64,000 nucleotides of DNA, from contig OZ059895.1 of assembly GCA_964057225.1 (NCBI GenBank), positions 12,710,001 to 12,774,000 on the forward strand, written 5' to 3'. Below are positions 1-9,400 of the stretch, piece after piece. Source of the stretch: Auanema rhodensis (Eukaryota > Animalia > Nematoda). Below the pieces are notes generated by a model that saw nothing but the letters and a program-made list of their open reading frames with translations, made no database searches and was not told the DNA's origin. A program made the translations under genes and the position numbers. Each line of letters opens with the position of its first letter. Positions within the stretch are counted from its first letter, which is position 1.

Positions 1-420
1 TGGAGTTGCGAGGAATGTAGAGAGTGTGACGTTGGCGAGAGAGGAGGTCATTTTGAGTAAGAAAAGTGTTATTGAATTTTTCTCTATCAAAATTTTCTCT
101 TTATATAGTTTGTTTTTCAGTGATTGTTACAATTTGTTAAAATTAAAGGATAGAAATTAGAATTTCGGTGGTTTTTGATCTATGTCTTATGTTTAATGTA
201 CTATACGAAAGAAAGAAAAATTATTTTTACAATTCTACGATTTTTGTTAGTTAATTAAAAATTTCGTACTTGTTCTCCTTTGTTTTGCGTTGGAGATTTA
301 TTCTGCTGCTTTTTGCTTTGATCCGCTTTTCCATGTAGTTCCAATTCTCCATTACTTCTGATTTCTTCGTCTTGTGTTTTTCTTTTGGGTTGTAGTTTAA
401 CATGATACGGGCGTGAGTTT

Positions 421-3400
421 TCATTTCCTATTCCTAGTGCTGCGGCAAGTGTTCCAATTTTTGATTGCTGGTGAGTTTTTGTTTCTGTCCTCAAATAGCT
501 CCTTTCTGTTTTCATTCTTGAATTGATCTCGTAGCTTTTCGTATGTTTTTGCGTTATTATCTTCTATATCGTTTTGATTAGGACCTTCTTCTTGAGAGAA
601 AGGTGTCAGCTGTCTGAGGTCCTCTTGAATTCTGTCGATTGTTGTTGATTCATCTTCTAATTGTATATTAGAATTTGTTATTCTTCTTGCTGTAGCAAGG
701 TCGTCAGGTGTTTCTGAATTATGTTCAATTTCTTCTTCGTTTACTCCTCTGTTATTCCCTGTGATAGGTAACAGTTGCGCGAGAGTATCTGGACTGCCTG
801 TTGGGTAACAGTTGTTGTTATTTTCCGTATTATTGGTTTGTTCCCATTCATCCAGATTATTCCAACTTGTTTCTTCTTCTTCTTCTTCGTTTGCTATGTC
901 TTGGTCCTCTTCTTCCTCTTCTTCATTATTTCTTGTTGATATAAGATTATCGTCTGGTGGAAAATAACGTATGTTATTTTTGTGAGCTTTTATAATATTT
1001 TCATCTTGATCCGTTATGCTGATGTTGTTTCCTTCAATTGTCACTATCCGGTATGGTCCATCTCTTCGTATTTGTAATTTGTTGCTTGGGTTCGCTCTTT
1101 GTACAAATACTCGATCTCCTATATCTAATATTCTTTCTTTTGTCCTATGTGCTTGATCGTATTTCTGCTTCATTCTTTTTTCATTGGTGGCAATCTTTTC
1201 CTTGACTTTTTCTTGAATATCTCTTAAGTTTTTGAGCTGATCCGTGATATTTTGTTCTTCCGGTGTTTCCAAGTTTTTGTCAATGGGTAGACGTGCTACT
1301 TGTCCAAACAAACATTCGTATGGTGATGTTTTAGTGGTGGCGTTTGGTAATCTGTTGAGTGTAAAAATAATCTTCGGAAGTATTTTATCCCAATCGTTTT
1401 GTTCGTCATTAACGTAGGCTGTTAATGCTTCTTCGATCGTCCGATGCAATCTTTCTACTTGTCCGTTAGCGTTTTTGTAATACGGCATAGTAGTGTGGTG
1501 TGTAGTTCCAAAATTACTGCACATAGTAGTGAAATCGTTTGAAATAAAATTAGATCCATTGTCTGTGATGATAGTGACAGGTGGTCCAAAAACATAGAAA
1601 AGATATTTTTCGATAGCTGATATAATTTCTTCTGATGTTTGTCTGATTAGCGGAATTGCGATTATCCATTTTGAAAAAGAATCTTGAATTGAAAGAACAT
1701 ATCTGTTTTCTTGTTCTGTCCTAGGTAATGGTCCGAGTATATCCATGTGTACTCTTTGCCATGGTTTTGTTGATGTTGGAAAATTTTTCATTGGTTCCAC
1801 CGTTGCTTCGTGAGGGTTGTTCTTTCTTTTCGCACAAGCAAGACATCTGTTGATGTAGTTTGTAATGTCTTCTTGCATTCCAGTCCATGTAAATCGTCTT
1901 GATATTGAGTCCATTGTTTTGTTTATTCCTAGATGAGCTCCGAGTGTCGGATCTTCATGAAATTTCTTCATAATTGGATTAATTATGTGCTCTTCTCGTG
2001 GTAAAATTGTTCGTGGTACTTGTAGGCTTCTCTTTGGTTTTGAGTATAGTACATCGTTGTACACAATATATCTGTCCGTCAGTTGTCGTCCAGCTGTGTT
2101 ATTCTTTATTTTATCCATAGTTTCTTTTATCCAATTTGATTGATTCTGAACTGATCGAATATCTGCTATCGTGAAGGTGTTTATCTGATGAATAGTATCT
2201 TCCGTCGTTTTTCTTTCGTTTTTCTTCTTTGCTGGTGGTTTTGCTTCGTTGATTTCATCTTCAAAATATCGTGATAATGCGTCACATACACTGTTTAATT
2301 TTCCTGGTCTGTAGATAATTTCAATATCGTATTCTTGTAAAACAATTTGAAATTTTGCTAAACGATCTATTAAATCCTTTCTAGTCATTAAACTAGTAAG
2401 TGGTCTATGATCCGTGATAATTTTGGTTGCTGTTCCTAGTATGTAGGTGCGAAATTGTTTGACGGCGAATGTAAGAGCTAATGCTTCTACTTCTATTGGT
2501 GGATAATTCCTTTCAGCTTTGTTGAGTTTCCGACTAGCAAAAGCTATTGGATGTAATGGTTCTTGATCGTCTTTCGCTTGAAGTAGCACAGCGCCAACTG
2601 CTATCATACTTCCATCACTTTCAATAACATATGGTCGCTTCGGGATTGGTGCTTGTAACACAGGTGCTTGAGTCAATGTTTTCTTCAAAGTATTAAAAGC
2701 AATTTCTTCTTCTTCTGTCCATTTGAACGGAGTGTCTTTCCGAGTGAGGTTGTAGAGTGGTGTTGCTATTCCTGCAGCGTTCTTTATGAACCTTCTGAAG
2801 TAGTTTACTACTCCCATGAAAGCTCTTACTCCTGTTGTTGATTTTGGTTGGGGATAATCTTGTATTGCCTTAATTTTATGTGGGTCCGGTTTAATTCCTT
2901 CTTGTCCAACTATGTATCCTAGAAATTTTACTTCCTTTCTTGCGAATGCGCATTTCTTCAGTTTTATTTTGAATCCTATTTGAGTTACTGCTTCCAAAAC
3001 TTCTTCAATATCTTTTAAATGTGCTGTCGTAGATTCAGAGATTAACAGTAAATCATCTAGATATACGAATAGCTTGCATTTAACCATTGATTGCATGTAT
3101 CGTACTGCGTTTTGAAAAGTATGGGGTGATCCACATAATCCCATCGGCATTCGACAATATTGATAAGTTCCACTTGTTGTTGTGAAAGCTGTAAGATGAC
3201 GATCTTCTTTCTTAAGAGGTATTTGGAAAAATCCAGATACTAAATCAAAGTTGCTGAAGATCCTTGCTCCAGCGGCCAAATCTAGGATGTCCTGTATGTT
3301 TGATATGACATATACTTGTTTCTGAGTGATTGCATTCAGAGCTCGAAAGTCCGTTACAAATCTATAAGTTTTGTCTTTCTTCTTCACCAAAATTACTGGA

Positions 3401-6400
3401 CTAGTTGTCATTGAGTTTGATGGTTCAATGATTCTTTGTTGTAGCATTTCTTCTATTTGTTTCTCCACTTCTTCTTGTTGGGAGAGTGGTATACGATAAG
3501 TAATTTTGAATGATGGTGTTTTTCCTGGCATGATTGGAATGGAGTGTTCAATTGGTCCTAGGAAGAGTCCGATATTTCTATCTTTGTTGAGAAACGCTTG
3601 TTTATGTAGTAAAATTATTTCTTTCAGTTGCTGTTGTTCGATTTGTGAGAAGCAGGCTTCTGAAAGGTCAAGCTCATTGATGAAATTGTCTGGAAAATAT
3701 GGCAGTTGCTCTTCCCATCGAGCTTCCGGAGGTATGTATTGTCCTTCGTATTTTTCTTGGTTGTCCTTTGGTATCGCTTCTGCTATCCCTATTTCTTGGT
3801 TCATTTGAATTTCGAGTGGCTGTTTGCATATGTTCGTCGCGTAAATTTGTACTCCGTATCCAGTGGGCGTAAATATAGTAGGCGTGAAAGAGAGTTTGTT
3901 GCCTGGTTTCTTACAATCTAGAAACGCCTGTTCATAGCTTTCTGGATCGTGTACTTCTAGCGTGAGCGTTCTTGTTTCTCCTGGTCTTAGCGTTTTGTTT
4001 TCTAAGCTAACCACATATGCTTTTGTGGTCTGGTGTTCCCACGGAGATGTTTCTCGTGCTAGTGGAACATGTGTTGTGCCGATAACAATTGTTTTATCCA
4101 GCGGTCGAAGTGAGGTGTAAATTCCTTGTTGATGTAATGCTTCCATGAAGTCTATTCCAAGTAACACTGGTGCTGGACAGTAGTTATCTTCTGCTACATA
4201 AAATTTGTGTTCTGTTTCTGTTGTTCCTATTGTTATGAGGATCCTTGTGTATCCCATAAATGAGAATTTAGATTTATTCGCGACTATCGCTGTTGTTTGT
4301 TTTAGTACCATCGTTGCAGCGGGCAGTTGTTTGAAGGTGGATTCTCGCATGTATGATGCTGATGCTCCCGTGTCCCATAGTGCCTTAAAGATGTGATTGT
4401 GGATTGAAATCGGGACAAACGGTAATTGTGATCCTCCTATGTAATTTATGTTTTCTTTCTTCATGCTTGTAGGGAAATAAGCTTCATAAATGTGTTCAGG
4501 AATTGGTGCTGAAGGATCATACAATGTGAGTTGACAGCTGTTGTGATGGTTGTCGACGTATGGAGCAGACGGAGAAGGATGAGATGTTTCTGTTCTTGTG
4601 TTCTCAGTTGATAGTGGTTGTAAGTATTCTGTTTCCCATTTGACATTGTTGATGGGTATCCTTGAACTACATGCGTATATTTTTATTATCCAGGTGGCGA
4701 GTGTGATTATGCCAATTGTTATGATGATTGATCCAATGATAGCAAGTACGCGTAGTGTCCAGGTTTGAATCTTTTCCCATATTGGTGACAGAAAGTCAAA
4801 CATTTTCCAAGTTATAGCTTCTTTTGTATGTTCGTAGCTGAGTAGTAAGCTGCTGGCTGCTCCTGCTGTTAGGGTAACAGGGTTCATGTTAGGAATTAAT
4901 CTTTGTTTGATTACAGGTTTTATTCTTCCTGGTAAAGTAGCCTGTAGCGTTGCTAAGCTGGATCCATATGATATTGCTAGTGCCATAGGAAACGTTGATT
5001 CTGTTAGATTGTTGAAAATGTTGCTTCCATTAAACTTGATATGTTCTAGGTTGATTGATCCTAACTCGTCGATGTATGCTGGTGATGTTACATTTATTGA
5101 TTGGTTATTATTAGTCCATTGATCGTTTTCTTTCCAGGGATCCTTGATTGTGAATCCGCATGGTATGGCATGTGCCATCGGTGTGAGGTCTCTTGTACCT
5201 GGTAGGATGAACAGTTGGCCGTGATGTTCCGTTTCGACTGGGGTTTCCAGAAAACACGTGCTGTTGACTTTGTGATCACGGTATGTTTTTGTAATTTGAA
5301 TTGGTGTGCATGGCATTACATAAATTAGTTTATCATTTATGAATCTTGCAGATATATCCTGTCGTCGTAGCATTGTACGCATCCCTATAGTAGGATTTAT
5401 TTGAAGAATAGCCCACCAGGTAAGTAGTTGTTTATTTTGTACGTGGCAGATGTTGTTTCTGTTTGTTGTGAACGTACGTATGATATCATCTTCCAGATTG
5501 GTAGTGGCATATTGTAGATGAGATTGCGTTTCTTGTTGATGAAGATGTTCATTCCATTTTTGGACGATATCGTTCTTAGCTTTAAGGTAGTCTACGTGAG
5601 CTTTCTTACCAATATGTGATGATATTTCTTCAGGTGTGCTGCGAGTGGTAGTGATAGATCTTTTTGTAGTTCTTGGAGGCGGTGACTTGGTGAGTGATTC
5701 TTTCCTATTGTATTCCTGGCTTGAGGTGATTGTGATTGGGTTTGTAGTAATATTGAATGTAGATTGGGGGGTGGAGAATGATTGTGTTGGTCGATGAGTG
5801 GTGAATATAGTTGTGGTTGTTGTAGGTGTTGTGGTTGTTGTTGATCTGGGTCTAGCAGTAGTAGAAGTAGTAGTAGTAGTAGTGGTAGTAGTAGTAGTAG
5901 TTGATGAAGACGTGGGTATTGTTGGTTTGGGTCTAGTTGTTGTGGATATATGTGTTTTGGGTGTGATTGTCGAAGTGATGACGTTCCTTATGGTTGTAGG
6001 CTTAGGGGTCGTGGTAGTGGTTGTAGTAGTAGTTTGTAGGGGGGTCGAAGTGCTTCTAATTGTGGTTGCAAAAGGTCGTGTTCCGGGAGTACTGATAAGG
6101 GGTAGATAATGATTATAAAATTTTTCACTATCCTCTTGTGTAATGCTATAATTTGTAGGATTTCTTTTCCGGAAGCCGTAGAATATATCGTCGCCATCGA
6201 AGATAACTGTGTAGTTTGGCAGTTGTAATGGTGGTAAGTTCAGTTCTTTTTCATATTTGATCCATTTCTTCATTTCTGCTTCGTATTCTTCTTTTGAATG
6301 TAGCTTCTTCGGATTATTTATTGCGTTCAGGATAATTTTTGCTTGTGCTAGTTGTTCGTACAGTTCTAAATCGTTTCGTGTCTTGGTGAGTCTTGGTTTT

Positions 6401-9400
6401 CTTGGTGGCATGAGTTGATATAAGTATTCTTCTAAAGATGGTGTTGTTTCTCCTGTAGCTAACGTAGTAGGTATTTCCGCAAGTGAGTAAGCAATTTCTT
6501 TCGCGATTTCATAGTAGTCTCCTGTTTTGGTTGGTAGTATCTTCTTTAAATCCTTAATTGTGATCCGTTTGCTAAGTTTATGCGTAAGTTCCTTATACGA
6601 TAGATTATCGATCGCGATTTTTGTTGCTTCTCTTATTTCTGCTTCTCCTAGGGCGTGTAGAATGGCTATGTTGACGTCTTCATATTTGTGCCATATAAGA
6701 CGATTTTTGATAACATCAAAATTTATACCTAGGTATTTGAAGATTGCGATATACTTAGGTAACATATTTGTTATGTTATTGAGATTGTAATGGATGTCAA
6801 GTCTTTTCCGTTGAATATAGGTTGTATATAGTAGAATAGTTCCGGTTTTGCTGGCTGAATATCTTAGCGAGGGGTATTGATGAACTGTCAAGAATCCTTT
6901 AGGGTATTCCGTGATTGCGTGTCTTCTTGATCGTCCTAAGCTTGAGGTTGAGTTGAAGGAGATTAGAGTTCCACTATTTGTAGTAAATATATCTTTTTGT
7001 AAGCATGAGGAGGCTTCTTTTTCCGGTGTTTTATTGTTTAGAATAAAAGCACTTTGAATTCCGGGAATCAATATGGTGTCTTCTGATATAAAAACTTCGT
7101 GAGAGCCTAATGAAGTGTACGAGCAACTATGTTTTTCTGATGGTGGGGTCCATATGATGAGAGCGTTGTTGGTTAGGCATTGTCCTTTGTCACTGGTGCA
7201 TCCGTTGTCGTTTATGAATATATCTGAGAGTACTGTATTGTCTTGTAGGCTGGTCATGTGTCCTCGTTCAGCTATGAATCTGGTACGTTGTTCGCATTCC
7301 TGTTTCCATATACCATTAGTAATGGTTGTCTCTGGGAATGGAGTTCCATAGAGTCCTGGTGCTTCTCTTTGAAGGTTGGTACCGTTGAATATTCTTTCTT
7401 TAATAGCTGACGAACATTCTTGCAGTGTTGTTGGTGAAACTTTTGCTAGTGAGACATTAGTTTCTCTGATGAAGAAAACGTCGTGAATGCAGAGTTGGTA
7501 AGTTTCAATTGCACATTTCCATGCTTCCCATTCTTTTGGTTGTAGGTTTTGGATGAACAATTCTGCTGTTGTCTTCTGGATATGGTTATTAGTTGGTGCG
7601 GTGGATCGGCAAGCTGTTGGAGATGGCGGCTCGACATATATTCCTCCTCTGTTTCCTGTGCATAACTGGTACGTTGTTTCTGCACTGCATGTGTTTATAA
7701 TGAGTGCGATAATTGTGATAAAAAGGGGTAGGAATGGTGTTGATTTTCTTTTGTTGTTCGGTACTTCGTTTTCCGTGACGTTGTTGACTTGAAAACGTAC
7801 TCCTGGGCTCTGTGTGCGTTCTCTATACCGTTCCGGTCCATTGGAGGTGCTGCGCGGGCGACTTCTATAATTGTTGTATTGGCTTCGATTGTATTGAGAG
7901 GGGTATTGTTCGTGATTATTTGATTGTCGCCGGTTGTTGTGTCCGCTATAGTTTTGGTCGCGGTTTCGATAGTATGGTCTTTCTTGGCTTCTGTTCCGTG
8001 ATCTGTCGAAGTAGTTTTGTCTTGATCCCTTATTTTGAGAGAATCGTGAGTTATGGTTCCTGTATTGGTGTTGATGAGGCCGATATTGGTTGTTGTATCT
8101 GTCCGGATATCGGTTGTGTGGTTTGCCATTGCCATTATACATCGGTTTGGTTCCTTTGAAATCCTTAGATTCGTTTCTCTGGTATTGATTGTTGTCCTTC
8201 GAGTCTCGAATGTTGAGGTTGTTGAACGACTTCTCTATATTGTTGACAAACGATGTTGGTCTATTTTGTATAAAGAGTTCTTCTCGTAAGGCCATTTCGT
8301 AAGCTTCCTCAAAGTTTGGTGGGTCTAGACGGCTAACATGTTCGCTTATTTCGGGTCTTAGTCCCCAAGTGAAGGTGGATCGGAGCATGTTAAGCTCACT
8401 TTCGTTGTTCATGTCCATAGCCGAGTAGGCTTCGTTAGAACATCTTGTTGCAAAGCTTTGTACCGATTCCGTTGGTAACTGTTTCAAGCCATGTAGGCGG
8501 TGCATTGCTCGTTCTCTCTGTTTTTTCGGTGTGATCATTTCTGAGAGTCGCTTCTTGACATGGTCCCATCCGAGTCGCTTATCTTCGGTTGTGAGTTTTC
8601 TGTACGCTTCTCTTGCTCGATCATCTTCTAGCAATAATTGTATGCTTTGAAGACGTTCGGGCATAGTTGTTCTTGTAGCGTTGAAGTGTTCATCTAGGTA
8701 TAGTAGATAGCGGTTGAATGGTGTTTTTCCATCGTAGCGTGGAGCTTTTATATCGCGTATGGCGGACGGAATCGCTGCTGGTTGAGGGATGATTGTAGGT
8801 GTTGGAACAGGTGCCCTTCCCGAGGTTTGCGTAAGTGGTGCGCCTTCGTCCATTGGGTCCATTCTTGGGTTAATTCTCTTGTTTTCTGCAACAAAAGTAT
8901 TTGCTTGATTAGTTTGCGATGGAAGAGACGGAGATAGAGAATGCCCGGATGTAGAATGATCAATGGATGAAGGTGAGTTTCGTAGAGGTGGGGATGAGCT
9001 TACTGCGGGTGTGGTTGAAGAAAGTGCGGGCGTAGGTGATTTTTGTGTGGTTGGTGTATTGCTTCTTCTAGGGGTGGCTATTAAAGGATTGATTGGGTTG
9101 ATTGTATTTGGTATGGTGTTGGTTGGGGGGTTTTGAGGGTTCCCTTTGCTTGCTATGTTTTTAGGAATAGGTTTAATGTTTGGGATAATTTTCTTTTCTA
9201 AGGTGTTTCTTTCGACTATGTCTGTTTTTTGTTTCTTCGTTTTTTCATGTGATTTGGGATTGGTGAATTGTTTTTGAATGCCGCGATGTCTTGGGGTATG
9301 TATTACCATTGACTTTGTTTTAATGCTTAACTTCGCTTGTTTTGCAGAGGGGGGAGAATATGTTGCGGGCGGTTGTCTTTTTCTTCTTATAATATTTGAA

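Noticed and set aside
255-515. 86-aa ORF after integrase as a possible 3' env or accessory gene
   Set aside because: Short, hydrophilic, overlaps the pol end, has no signal or TM, and has no counterpart in element B.
5798-6109. Val-rich 103-aa ORF resembling a membrane protein
   Set aside because: Antisense shadow of the poly-Thr codons.
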